NCBI GenBank assembly: GCA_964035545.1
Contig: OZ037768.1
Span: forward strand, 18,459,700 to 18,523,699
Direction: 5' to 3'
Origin: Bugula neritina
Lineage: Eukaryota > Animalia > Bryozoa
Length of the DNA stretch: 64,000 nt
The notes beneath the pieces are model-generated. The model worked only from the letters and a program-made list of their open reading frames with translations, searched no databases and had not been told where the DNA came from. This document shows, piece after piece, positions 41,701 through 63,834 of this stretch (the stretch's first letter is position 1; each line of letters opens with the position of its first letter). A program made the translations under genes and the position numbers.

Positions 41701-44700
41701 CTCTGCTGTTTCAGTTAATTAGGTACAGGCCGCACAGAGGTTTTTTTAAGAAATTACTCCTATTGAAGGGCTGTTTGTTCAATGCTTTCTTTTCTGTTAG
41801 ATTACCCATATGTACCCATATTACCCATATATGTAGTCAAAGCTATTGGGTGCAACTGTTTGCCTTGAAATTATATCTTTTTCTTGAAATGCTAGATTGT
41901 TGGGTTTTTAATAATAATTGATAATTATCAATAAACACAATTTGAACATTAACTGTTTGAAGCATATAAGACAGTGGTACTGATACTTTGAAAAGAGTAC
42001 ATATAGAGTGATGTGTTGGGTCATCTATTATGTGCAACTAGGGCGCTCTTTGGATAACCCCAGTTTCAAGGCTTAGGTATGGTTTGGATTGGGAGATGTT
42101 AAAACATCAGTAAAAGAAAACAACTTCTCATGCTTCAATGAACACAGAGAAGTATAACCATTTCAAAGTCGCATGGGCATCCAAAGTGTAAGATATCAAC
42201 AATTTGAGGATTTGTGGGAAGTGTTAGGAAAGTGGCTCAGAGCCGGTTATAGCATAATTTAAACAGAAATGTCAAAATGGTGGATTTTGCTAACTATACA
42301 TATATTATTATATATTAGACAAGATCTTTGACCACTAAAAATGTTGCCTGTATGACTGGGTGTTTCCATAATGTGATTATAATATAGTTGGATATCAGAA
42401 CTGCAAGACACTTGTGCAATAGCCTAGAAAGGTCATCTTAGGATTGTTTAGTAGAGTTTTGTGATGTAAATATGTAAAACTTGATTTTATCTCTAACCCG
42501 TTAAACAGATCTACGAATGTTGCATTATAGAACTATTTTTTATTGTTACTAAACAAACTTCATTTACTGTACCTAACTCATATTTACTTGGTAGATCTGC
42601 TAAGCATTCATTGGCAACTTTATAACTATTAATCTTGAATAAAAGCTACCCTGTTTTCTATTTAATTAATGAAGTGTTCCAGATGTAGTCATTATTGTTT
42701 GTTTATAGTTGTATCTTCGCTATGTTAAATTAGCAATTTTCAAAACCATTCATATGCAATGCCCTGGAAGAATGAAGAATGATGATTATAACAGCTTGTA
42801 TAAAATAGTACCACACTGCAGTATAGCATTCTATTTAGCAGCAAAATCTGTGTATAATATATGCGCCAACTAAAACGACTGACTGAAATATTATTTTTAC
42901 AATCTGAAGCATGCACTCGCAAGATGGTGATGGGATAAAAGTTTAAAAACTGCTCATCGATATTTTGTGTCATGGCTTAATCAAAAATACTTTACAGACC
43001 TGTGTTTTTGGAATGGTATTTTATTCAGCTTAACATTTATGCTATATCTAACCTACATTAAACGAGATTGCAATCAGATTTGGTGAGCTTTTCAAGGTCT
43101 GAAAAGATTAGAAAATGGCAAATGTACTTCCAAATCAAACGTTCAGGTAACCCATATGCCAATGAAATTAATTGCTAGCATATCTACTTTGTAAGGTAAC
43201 TATATATAGTATGATTATACAGCATAGCCTGCAACTCTAAAGCATACAGGAAATAATTATAGAGTGTGCTGTGTAGACCATTATATTATCATTTATTCTA
43301 AAATTGTATATCTTGTCTGTGCTAGAAGAAAGGGCACAGGCAATGAGCTCTAGTGTACTGCAGTTAAGTATAACAATTGAATCAAGGGAAGGTGGGTAAA
43401 GTTTTTAAGTTTCATAATACCTTCAAACATTACTGGCTGAGATAGCTAAACCAGCTCTACCCCATGCTTCTGGTACCTAGTTAATCTAAATTTTAAATTT
43501 TCAGGTATTGCCTAGAGTCTAGAATTGCAATCTCAGAAAAGTACTATTAAAGAGAGTTTTAGGCAGCTATGAACTGTTGCTATAACATAGTTCCAGGACC
43601 TATAACACAGGACAGGAGCAAGTATGGCCAGTTGCTTTTCCTCACATTACCAATGACACTGCTGGAAATCAGTTCTAACAGCTATACCAAATTGATAAAT
43701 CACAGCTTTGTTGCAACTTTCTACACTTAAAAGTTGTAAAATCTTGCAGCCATCTCACTTTTTAGACAGCAAAATAGTTTGTCTCATTTTTTTTAACTAA
43801 TTTATGAAAATTGTTGGCAAAGTTTTCAATATATCAGCACAAAAATTGTAATTCAAAATTTTGAAGTTGATAATTGAATGAAAGCTTATACATCATAAAT
43901 TTTCAAAACTTGTACATCATATGATGCTCAAACTACTATGATAAATCATAATAATTCATTTGATCTATTCTATTGTTTATGAGTCAATAACTAATATTGA
44001 TTTTGTTATCTCAACATAATTAAAAAAGCTGTTTTTTTTTAAAAGTCTTGAAGCTTCTGTTGGATTGAGAGATTTAATTTAAAAATTACTTGCTTAATAT
44101 TTAAACTGAATAAAAAATATAAAAGTTAAATGCTTTCTTTGTTTATAGCACTGCCATAAATTGCTGTTAGACAATGTAGCACCCACTCAAACAGTTCAGA
44201 TAAATTAGCATGCTTAAGTTCTACACAGACTTTGTTTTTGGGCCATAGTTTTAACACCAGCTGGTCACAGCAAATTTTTATTGCAACAGATTTGCAAACT
44301 ATCTGTTAAAATGAGTCATCTAAGGTCGCAGGTGAATGGGGGAAAATGGTCTGACTGATTCAATGTCTTTGTCTCGTTCAACAATCCAAGCCGCGGTATT
44401 TTAACCATAATATATAATAGTCATATAATTATAATATTTAGTCAACCTAAAATGGAGAAGTTAAATATTTCATCTGTTTCAAACTAGAATATGAGCTAAA
44501 ACTGTGTTGTACTGTTGGTATTAAGTGAACATAAAGATTGCCACAACTCCTATTTTCTCAAAGGTTCTAACTCCATGTAGCTATATTATTAAGGACTGAA
44601 ATCAGTGGTGACAGGCAGTGATGTGACAATTACTTGGCAGGTGGTACACAGATACACAGTTGGTGATAGTAAAGTAGTGAGATACAACAGGTTGGAGATC

Positions 44701-44967
44701 TCCAATCGTTTTATGACATTTTACAGAACTCAGTTTAGTTACTGCAATATCTGTCGATGATAATTATTAAAAAGTACTTTTTGGTCAATAATATGCAAAT
44801 GTTTTAATATATTGTGTGTAGAAGAAACTGCATTCCAAACTGAAAATATCAATTACACATCCTACATACAGTGCTACACTGACTATAATGCAGCACGGTG
44901 TATGTTCACACCATACTTCATCCAAATATTCTGTCCGTTTATTTTCCTGAATAACTTATTCTGTAAC

Positions 44968-45125
44968 ATTTAGGTGCAGTGGTGGAGAATTTTCAATAAT
45001 GTGAGCAATTTAATTATCCTAATAAATTTTGGTGTGGGTTGAAGTTCTCATGAGAACATAACTTCTTTTGCTACATGTTTAATCTAGAGCACAGGCTTTT
45101 CTCAATTTCCCCATTATTGCACCTA
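44968..45125 (-). mobile_element. MITE family A, copy 3 (inverted)
   Basis: GAGAACATAACTTCTT...ACAGGCTTTTCTCAATTTCCCCATTATTGCACCTA is the reverse complement of family A. Confidence 0.8.
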
Positions 45126-46829
45126 CTTCTTTCATATATACACAGTAGGGGATCCTGAGAGAATGAAGTTATGTCTTATAAACATAGGGCATGTCGATTA
45201 TAAAACAGTAAATTCTGAAAAATCTTTTACGCTGCATGTCTGTTTGGCTATATTTTGCCATATAAAGAGAAAATATGTATGTAACTAAAGCAGAAAAACA
45301 TTCTAAACTAGGCACATGCTTCGCATCACAGCTAATTGAGTCACAAAAGGCATGAACAGATTATTGCTGGTGAAAGTAATTGTTTTCAACTTGGTGCAAT
45401 TTTGTTTATGTTAGTTAATCAGTTTAACAATTTATTTTTAACTCATCAATTCAAGTTTGCTATGGCAGAGAAAAGTGAGAAGAAAAGAACAAGTAATTTG
45501 CCATTAAGTAGCTTCTGGAAGGCAGAAGTCTGAGCTTTTTAATTGCTAATGTTTAGCATTAAAAAAGCATATTATTCAGTTATTATCATTCAACCAATAT
45601 ATTTAATTGTCTGGCAATATTAGCAACATTTAAAAAATTTTACATACAAATTATAACTGAACAATACCCATTGTATTTGATGAATAAAGTTTACAGATAA
45701 AACTTGAAATAATTGTCTTACCTTTTAGTTCTAGCCATGAGCTTGTGAAGCTCGCATTTGGAGCTGCTCATATTGGCTAAGATAAGAGATGTATCATATA
45801 TGTATCATATCCAATAACTAATTAAGATACTGTCTGGTATTGAACTACACTTGCAAGAACAGTTGTGTTGCCCATCACACTCAGCAACCTTACTTTCCCT
45901 TTTATCGCGGATAAAAATAAATTGTTATGAGTTAGTCTGTTTATCGATTGCCAAAAGCAAAAATGTCAAAGGCTGTGATAACACAGCACTATTTCCTATT
46001 ACAAGACAAATATAACTTTAAATTATGCAACTGCTTGTGCTGATTGATAATAGCTTTATGATAGAAGTGCACACAAGATAGGGTTCTAATTTAGTTGAAG
46101 TTGACACCAATTGGTAGAAACTAACCCAATATTTAGAGCTTGAATTAGACCACAGTATTGATTAGATATAAGAGTAATAGGCTATCAAAAATACTCACAT
46201 ATTACAATTATCACTAGGATGATGCTCTTCTGCTCTATTGAATTACATAAGTAGCCAAATACAAAGTAGTGAATGATGACAGCTTACTTATCAATGAAGT
46301 GGCAGCTAAACTAGTTACTGTTACACTAACAATGTTAGTTGAAGTTCTTAGATTTGCCCGGACACTAGCCTAAGCACCAACTTCTATCTCACCACAGCAC
46401 AGGGTGCTCTGAACAGCTAACTTCATGAATAACTTTTCTATTTAGAGTTCAAGACTTCTAGGTAAAACAGATTTTATTATTTCTTTACACAAACTTATTC
46501 CATCAACACTATACTTGAAAATACTACAGCTTGAAATTTGGAAACCCACATTTTACACCTAGTAGGATATATATTAAAAGACAATCAAGCTCTATAATAT
46601 TGAGATAAAACTATATCTTTATGTATATTTGACTAATCAGAACATTTCCTAGTAACAGTAGAATAAAGCTTTTATTTTAGATTAATAGACTTTAAATAAG
46701 CATTATGTGTAGTTGAATGCTACACAGCTGCATTGATATGGCATATTTATAGTATGGACAAAATCAAGTAAAAGCCCCATCATATATTGACACACTGAGT
46801 CTGCTTCAGCTGTAATGAAATAAAAGATA

Positions 46830-56001
<9,172 letters not shown>

Positions 56002-56545
56002 ATTTACACTTTATTTATCACTTCTGTCTATTTCAGATGTTTCAACCTTCAGATTTCTACGTCAAGTACAAGTTTCAAGTTCTCTTTTTTTAACTATGCC
56101 TTCAGAGGTAGACTAAGTTCAATTCAACTTCAAGTCAAAGTGAAGAGGTTCAGTTTCAGTTTGACTTTGAGTTCAGGAGTTTTGCACACTTCAACTTGAA
56201 CTTGAAAATCTATGGGAAAAGCCAAAATTCTAATTACTTGGAACTATTTATAAATTCTTTCGTTATTGTAAAACTATATTAATATGACTTCACAATAAAT
56301 CGACCGGGATTTATTAAATGCAGGAGAAAGCAAATAAAATGCTTGTACCTGAGTTTGCACTATCTCTGCAAAATCACAATCTTTACTCGCAATATCCGGT
56401 AAAGCCGGTACTACGACTTAAGATCTTTGATAGTAAACGGGACCGCGTTAGTACCTTCAAATAAAAAAAATTGTATAGATTTTTGCTATAAAACCAACAC
56501 TCCCATTTTATTTGTTTTTTCCTCATGCAAGCTGCTAAATTGTTC

Positions 56546-56700
56546 TATAAGCAGTTTCGAGTTAGGGGTGATTGAGTACAATAATTTAAAGTTTTCGAGT
56601 TTAGAGTTGAAGTTTATTATTGAACCCCCCCCCCCCCCAACTCCAAACTGGAGAATCGCGAACTACTGCACTCAATCATCCCCAACTTGAAGCTGCTTAT
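56546..56700. mobile_element. Palindromic MITE family B, copy near the ACO2 promoter
   Basis: TATAAGCAGTTTCGAGTTAGGGGTGATTGAGTACA...ACTGCACTCAATCATCCCCAACTTGAAGCTGCTTAT; central C14 run. Confidence 0.8.
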
Positions 56701-57288
56701 TAAAGAATTACAAGCCGCCAACTTTTGTATGCATGACGACCGAGTGTATAGATTTCAATTTAAATTAGGTCTAAGACTAAAGTCTAAATCTAGAGTCAAC
56801 TGCTTGGCCCAAGCAACTTTAAGTACTAAATCAGTTAATGATGTTTAAAAGTAAATTATTAAATGGGTTGTGCAGTAACCTATCTAACCATTACTGTTAC
56901 TGTTGGTTACAACATGAACATGAGACTCAGGCTGAGACTGGGTGGACAGTTTAAGTTTGAGTTACAGTATGAGTATAAGTGTATAACTATTACTCTAACA
57001 CAGTATGAGTATAACTATAAGTATAAGTGTAAGTATTAGACGTTAGTGTTACTGTTAATAATAATATTACTGTTTTTAATTTAATAATTATAAATTATAA
57101 TTATTCATCTTCAGTTTGACCATCATATTCATTATGATTATCATATTGTTATTAAATCAAATTCAAATTGATGTTAATATTACTATTACTATTAGTATTA
57201 GTTTTAAATTTATAAGTATAAGTAAAACTAAATTTTTTAATTTTTATTTTATATTTTACTTTCAGTAGATAGTTTTTCTCTTAATAGG

Positions 57289-57376
57289 TAGGTGCAGTAA
57301 AGGACCAAAACCAAAATTTAGTAATAAAATTAAAGAACTTGAAATATCTCAATTTTTCTACTACTGCTCCTAAATG
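57289..57376 (+). mobile_element. MITE family A, internally deleted copy
   Basis: TAGGTGCAGTAA joined to CCAAAACCAAAATTTAGTAATAAAATTAAAG...CTACTGCTCCTAAATG. Confidence 0.75.
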
Positions 57377-57742
57377 TCTCTTAGACTCAGACAACAAGCA
57401 TTGAATTATGAATAAGTACCTAAACCTACCTAAACATTTAAAATAAATTCAAATTGAGGAATATCAATATGTGCCTTTTAAAACCACTAACTAGTGGAAT
57501 AACTTACCAACCTATAGCCCACACTGTAAATCAAATGAGGCACTTCTATAACCTTGAGTGTTTCCAAGTGTTTTATGTCTTCAAAGGTATTCAAAGGTAA
57601 CTTACAAATATGCAAACGCTGTCCTAAATGCCTGCCCAATAAAAATGGAAAAATTGAAATGCCCATTCAAATGAAATATGCTTCTCCAGTATATTCTGTT
57701 TTGTTTCCAATACCACTGAGATGGCTTTTCATCTGAATTGTA

Positions 57743-58596
57743 CGAGCGTCAGTCAATAAGTAGTGGGAATTTTGTTATAACTTTTTATTAGAATAAGATG
57801 GAGCTTTACAACTTTTTTCACTTTTCAACATAGTCCCTTTTTTTCTCTATGCACTTGTTCCACCTTCCTACAAGGTTCTCAAACCCTGCAAAATAAAATT
57901 CCAGCGGCTGGGTTCTGAACCAGTTGCGCACAGCTTCAATGACTGCTGCATCAGTAGTGACGTGCTTGCCTCTCATGTGGCTCTTTAATGGTCCAAAAAG
58001 ATGGAAATCACTTGGTGCCAAATCTGGACTATAAGAAGGGTGTACTAACACCTCCCAGCCCAGTTCATCAGTCAGCATCTTGGCTACCCAGTGTGCGCTG
58101 ACTTTGTTGAAGGCTAGCTGCTCATGGACAATATTGTGGGCAGTTCCAAGTGAAATGCCCATGGTCTCAGCAACATCATCAATAGTGAATCTTCTATCAG
58201 ATTTAACCAGCTTTTCCACTTTAGCTACTGTGTCAGGAGCTGAAACATCCACTGGCCTACCACTTCTTGGCTCATCAGTAATGTCTTCTTGCCCATTCTT
58301 GAATTCATGAACCAACCTATAGCAGCTTGTTTGTGATATAGGGTTTTCCCCATATTGCTCTGACACCCTCAAGTGTCAAAAATCTTATAACAGCTCTTTG
58401 CTCTATGAGTGCGCATTTTTTCGGGTTGGCGGCCATTTTATATTTAAATAATATAAAAAGTTGAATCACTCAAATGATCAAATTTTGGATATGTGATGGC
58501 AACTCCCATTTATAGAAGTCTTGAAAATATTAAATTGTTAGGTAAAATAGAACAACAGCTATGACAAACTTCCCACTACTTATTAACTGATCCTTG
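57743..58596 (-). mobile_element. Internally deleted mariner (Tc1/mariner) transposon
   Basis: ~40-bp imperfect TIRs (CGAGCGTCAGTCAATAAGTAGTGGGAATTTTGTTATAACT versus the reverse complement of 58557-58596), flanked by TA at 57741-42 and 58597-98. Transposase: MAANPKKCALIEQRAVIRFL (ATG 58436, out of frame with the downstream ORF), DEPRSGRP, HTH, WVAKMLT joined directly to ELGWEVLVHPSYSPDLAPSDFHLF, and WNKCIEKKRDYVEK. Confidence 0.95.
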
Positions 58597-58629
58597 TATA
58601 TTTCGTATGACTTTCTCTATTAAATGGAC

Positions 58630-60817
58630 CATGTTTGTAGTATTTGCCTGCTGGGTCTTATTAGAAGCTGTACCAACAGTTCATATGAAGGTATGTGCAG
58701 AGCAGCTTCCGTAGCCAAAAGGCTTTGTCTAAAGGGGTCAAGGCCAAGTTTGAGTTTGTATTCACCCCGGGATCTGAACAGATTAAAGCCAACATACAGA
58801 GAGACAATCTCACTCAAGTGCTTGAATATAAAAGTGGTACGCTCATGATATTTTATTACTAATAACTTGTGTCTAAATGTATATTCATAAAAAGCTGTTT
58901 GACTGTCATACATTATGTAAATTCTATTTCACAGAATGTAGTTTTTGCAATGTAAATTAGAAATTTAGAAAAAAAAGGTTAACGTGCAAAAAATAATACC
59001 ATAAGCAATTATAGCATTGCTACCTTTGTGAACAAACTGGAGTAATGATGAGTCAATACTCAATAGCATATGTGGTGATCAAATATCTCATTTTTGATAT
59101 GCAACATGCATAGAGCAACATGCTGAGTTGGTAATCAAATGATTGCATACATATGGCTGCATGTACTGGTAAATTATCAAGCAAGGAGTTGTGTGCTTTT
59201 TGTCAGTTTTCAAAACTGGCAGTTCTAATGCACTTTTTAAAAATTGACAGCTAACTCTCATTTCAAACCTTAAGACATCATTCAAAAAATATTAAACAAA
59301 GCAATACTAAAACTACCAAAGATGCATATAGTAATAGAATGGTAGCTTTTTCCATTGCCACTATTCTGCTTATGCTCAAGTATTTTGTTCAATGGAAAAT
59401 CGATTGTCCTGACTAATGTGTGTGGTCCTTGCATTGGTCAATGGAATAGGTCAGCCTTTTGTCGGTTTTATTAGAATGTATTTTTTAACATTTTACGGTC
59501 TTGTTATGTTGGATAGACAACTCCTGTCTTGATAACAAAAGTTTGTACTTTTGAAATTTTGTATTTGAAAAGTACTGTGTGACCAATACTAGTGTGTAGC
59601 AGCAACAGGTGTGATCTTCTTTCAGTACAGAATAATCATGTATTATGCTACAGACACACTTCTTATTAGTACGTAATAACTACACTATGATGGTGGCTGT
59701 AAGTGGCCTTTGTTGTGACATGTTCATAATATTCCAGGAAAGACGTACAGAAAGGAGAGAAGAACACCATAGTCACATCTTACAACCGTAACTTCACTGG
59801 ACGTAATGATGCTAATCCAGCAACTCATGCTTTTGTCACTTCACCAGAACTCACCACTGCTCTAGCATTAGCTGGTGATCTTTCGTTTAACCCTCTGACA
59901 GATGAACTTACAGCTGCTGATGGTTAGTTAACTTACCATTCAGAATATGTACTCAGAAGTGTGGTTAGTGTAAGTACAATAGCACTGAATGCCTGACTGG
60001 TTTCACTCCTTGTGTAATATCCTGGTGGTGATGCTTGTTTATTAGTTGGTATTATAGGATGTAGATATTTATTATTAATATTATGTAATTATGTATTTAC
60101 TGCATTCTTTATGTTGTCCTGTGAGTCAACAATCCTGACAGTATCAGGTGTTCAAGCACTTCCTTATTTGGTGCTGCGTCACTATTTGTTTTGTATTGTA
60201 CGTGCTCCTTCACTGATAGTTCACAATGCCTTGTGAATAAGGAAAAGTACTGTAGAATTTTGTGCCTGTTTTTAGTACAAAATGTTTGCTATATCAACTG
60301 AGACAGTTTACATGATTGGTTTATAGAATATTAGATATATATTTAGCTATTTGTAAATTTACAAAAGTTTAAAAAGTTGCATTGGCTGATGGGGCTGCTG
60401 TACACTTCTGTCTCAGTGTTAGGGTAACATTTAGGAGGAATTAAGATAGTCTTAAGTTTTTTCAATTTGTTTATAAATGTTGATTTGGGGGTGCGGGTTG
60501 AAATTCTTACGAGAACATAACTTCTTTTGCTATATTTCTTATGTAGAACACAGGCTTTTCTCAATTTCTCCATTACTGCACCAACCTCTAGAGAAATAAA
60601 GGCTTGTTGTGTAAACTGACTAGTTTGGGTGCATAACATCTACACCAACTATAGTAGAACTCACAGTGTGTAAATTTACATATTTTGTAGCCTGTGAAAT
60701 GTATCTTGAAACACAGTGATGGTACAACTGAGGAGTTGTCTCTCAATCATTCTCTCAACGAAAGGTTTCATGCTGGAAGTGCATTGAACAGAATAAAGGA
60801 AATGCTGAACTAATATA
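58630..60817 (+). pseudogene. Inverted, fragmented ACO2 duplicate (unprocessed pseudogene)
   Basis: 58630-58838 is the reverse complement of ~50796-51003 (exon 9 5' part; 1-bp frameshift; acceptor lost). 59404-60194 is the reverse complement of ~50003-50793 (end of exon 9, intron 9, exon 10 at 59738-59922, part of intron 10). 60674-60817 is the reverse complement of exon 15 with its acceptor and a 12-bp deletion. Exons 1-8 and 11-14 are absent. Confidence 0.93.
60429..60586 (-). mobile_element. MITE family A, inverted copy within the ACO2 pseudogene
   Basis: CGAGAACATAACTTCTT...ACACAGGCTTTTCTCAATTTCTCCATTACTGCACC. Confidence 0.75.
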
Positions 60818-61334
60818 ATATTTTGCTTCATGAATTTAGTTTGTCATATGCCGATCAGTTTGTGTCGTTTGGCAAAGGTATTATGCTCAAGTAAAGTGAT
60901 GTTTTACAGACATTGAAACTTTGTTTAGATTTTACTTTAAAATGAAATGAATTGGTTAAATTGTGGCAAAGCAATTTTTTAGCCAGCTTCCTGTCGATAA
61001 AAAGCAAAGGTGTACAAATAAAATCAATATTAGGTTTTTGGATGATATATTTTGTAATTTTATGCACTTTTGAGGATTTTACTAGCTGTTTTTATTTTCA
61101 ACAAATTCATTTGTTAGTTATATGTGGCAAAATATATCTTATGTAAATTAACTAAAATATTGTTTCAGCATAGTGTCCAATTCTCACTGCCACAAATTAC
61201 CATTGCACTATTCCACCAGCCAGAATTGCAATATTAAATTTTTTGTGACAAAAGCACATTATTCAAACAGTTTAAGCTCATTGAAGTTATTGCAATTGAT
61301 TAAATTTTGTTATAAAAAGTCCAGTTTTTGAAAA

Positions 61335-61665
61335 TGCTGCCCAGATACTCTTTCTTGTTATAAGTCGTAAAAGGTTTAATTATCTGACCTATTTGATACA
61401 TATAATCCTATGTATCAATGCATGACGGCCAATGATTTGATTGTGTTTACAAGTGCAGTGCTCCCTCCATATCTCACGATCCCATTTCCTACAAAATTCC
61501 ATGGTCACCAGAACGGCTTGAACACTCACTTTGTAGCTTTATATGTGTGTATAGCTACAAAATGACCGAATTTAACAGATTCTTCAGTTAAATCTGGTAT
61601 TCTGCTATGTCACGAAATGAGGTTTCCGGACCTGTAGTTTCGTGAGATAGGGAGGAAGCACTGTA
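61335..61665. mobile_element. MITE family C, second copy upstream of the transglutaminase
   Basis: Colinear with 52267-52601 in the same orientation (TTTAATTATCTGAC, GGCCAATGATTT, TGTGTTTACAAGT, GTGAGATAGGGAGGAAGCACTGTA). The left end is degenerate. Confidence 0.8.
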
Positions 61666-61990
61666 TATTTGAGCACATGATGTTTTACAGCCTCAAAGCT
61701 TCGAGGGCATTGCTCCCTTTTGATGTTCCTATAATGGAGAGGATATTGGCTAATGTCATTTTAAGTGGAAGAAAATGTTTTTTTGCTGATGTTAAGATTA
61801 TTAACATGCTAGGCTCTTATAATAGTGATATAACCGTTTTATCATGGTAATCATTTATGTGTTGTAGTTGTTAAAAACATCCTTACAACATCATAATATT
61901 ATGCTAATGCATGCAGCAGTTGGTTTACTCATTTCTTCCTTAAGCATGGTGTAACTCTTTATGTATCATGCATGAGGTGGAAGAAAAAGG

Positions 61991-61998
61991 TATATAAA
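61991..61998 (+). promoter_or_regulatory. TATA box of the transglutaminase gene
   Basis: GGTATATAAAGG ~90 bp upstream of ATG 62084, with an initiator-like GCAGTT ~25 bp downstream. Confidence 0.6.
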
Positions 61999-62083
61999 GG
62001 TGTGGAGAGAGCTGCGCAGTTATCTATTGTTGTTATACGATACACATACATTGTTTGTTTTTGAGCACGTTACTATATTAAAG

Positions 62084-63834
62084 ATGTCAGGTAAGCTGTT
62101 ATTCTTACGTGTATTTGAATTAAAAGAACAATTTAGTATGAAACCAGTGACCTCTAAAAATCGCTGTTAATTTTTTTTGCAAGACTTTACTTTGTGAATT
62201 TTATTTTTCATTGCCAATTTAACTTTGAAAATTAAAACTCTGTTTTCTGGTAAATGTGTGTGTTTTGCAACAAAAGCAGTGTTGATTTAGATTGTTTGAC
62301 TAGCGATTCTTTCATAGTTGTATTGTTTTGTAAATTTAAGTGTCCAAGTATTTGAATGATCGGTACTGGAGTTTGAAACCCTCTACCTGGACTTCTCTCT
62401 CGTATTCTACTCCTACACGGTATTTAAAACTTTTTTCATAACCTCTCCATGTTATTAAAGCATGAAAGTTTTAATCAACATAGCTATTATGGAGAATAGT
62501 GTTTTGAAATGCTATTTTTGGTCTATAGCTTTATTTCATGAACTATGATATTGTATGTATATAGTTACCAGTGTATACTTGTTTCAATGATTTTCATATG
62601 CCTATAATTATAATAATTAATATTTCAGTAAATGTTTTGTGTCAATTATAACTATAATATAATGTAACTGAGTGCAAATTACAAAATGTTGACCAGTTTT
62701 TTCTTTATATACAAAGCAGACACCTGCTAACTATTATCATACCAAATGTACATATTATTGTAGAAATTACTCTGACTATAGATATAGTCACAGTTATACA
62801 TATTCAAGAAAGCCCCAACATTATAGCCCCTCGTCTCATAACTATTGGCTACCATCTACATCTTACATTCAGAAGACTCCAGCTTTGGCAACTTCCAACT
62901 ACAACACTTCATATTCTCGATGGTCAAAGCCAAGTGAAACTAGATATACGCCAAGTTCTTATCAGAAAGAAACCGCTGATAGAAATGTTTCTAAATTGAC
63001 TACGAGAATTGACGTTAAACCTACTGAAGGCGCAGGTAAGGAACGATTCCTCAAATGAAAAAATATCTCTTCATATGAATTTAAAGAAGGATTTTTTTGC
63101 ATATTGCTGAATAAAAATAATGAATAACAGTAATGTAGAATGTTGTGATCTTTCTAAGAATGGAGAAGACCGGGTTCCAGACAGCGTTTGAAAGTAGAGA
63201 CTAAAAGGAATGGTGACAAAGATCATAAACCTTCAACTTACCAGAATGATTACTCCTCCTATAATCGGAATAGTGGTAAGAATTTTTATATTTATGTTTC
63301 GTTTATCACCGTTTGTTATCTAAACACTACCAAAGTTTTTCTGTTCCATATGTTTAACTCCAATAGAACTTGTTAAAAATCCTTTTTACATAAATATTAT
63401 TAAAAATACTTTAGACAAAAGAGTTACAAAGCCTGAGCCCAGCAAAGCTGCAATAACAGGAATCAATACGTGTGTCCCTGAAAACAGCAAAGCCCATCAT
63501 ACTGACAGGTGTGTATTCTGTGTGTGAATGTTATTGCATTCCTTGGAGTTCTAGAATTAGAAATGTATTTCTTTATTTATGGCATACAACAATTACGTTT
63601 ATGAAGCAAGTCTGTACCTACTCTGCTGTTGCACTTTTACATTCTGGCAACTTGTCACTTTCTCAATTACTCTGTTTAGCTATGAAATGTGCCAAGAAGG
63701 GCATATAGATGATTTGACCAACAAACGGTCTGCTGCCAAACTGGTGTTGCGTAGAGGTCAGGAGTTCAAAGTAAAGGTGCTTCTGGATTCTCCATATAAG
63801 AATGTGGGACAATTTCGAGTCACTTCCTCTATAG
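62084..63834 (+). CDS. Protein-glutamine gamma-glutamyltransferase (transglutaminase), 5' part; continues beyond the window
   Basis: Exons 62084-62090, 62341-62419, 62764-63035, 63159-63275, 63415-63508, 63680-63834 join in frame. Transglutaminase N-terminal beta-sandwich motifs N-x-KAHHTD-x-YE and LVLRRGQEFKV. The catalytic core is not in the window. Confidence 0.82.

Noticed and set aside
41750-46700. Possible gene between the LINE and the ACO2 3' end
   Set aside because: Only short ORFs; no recognisable motifs or consistent exon chain found by eye.
58624-60817. Second functional aconitase or mini-aconitase
   Set aside because: Frameshift, lost exon-9 acceptor, 12 missing exons, and incompatible phases between pseudo-exons 10 and 15.
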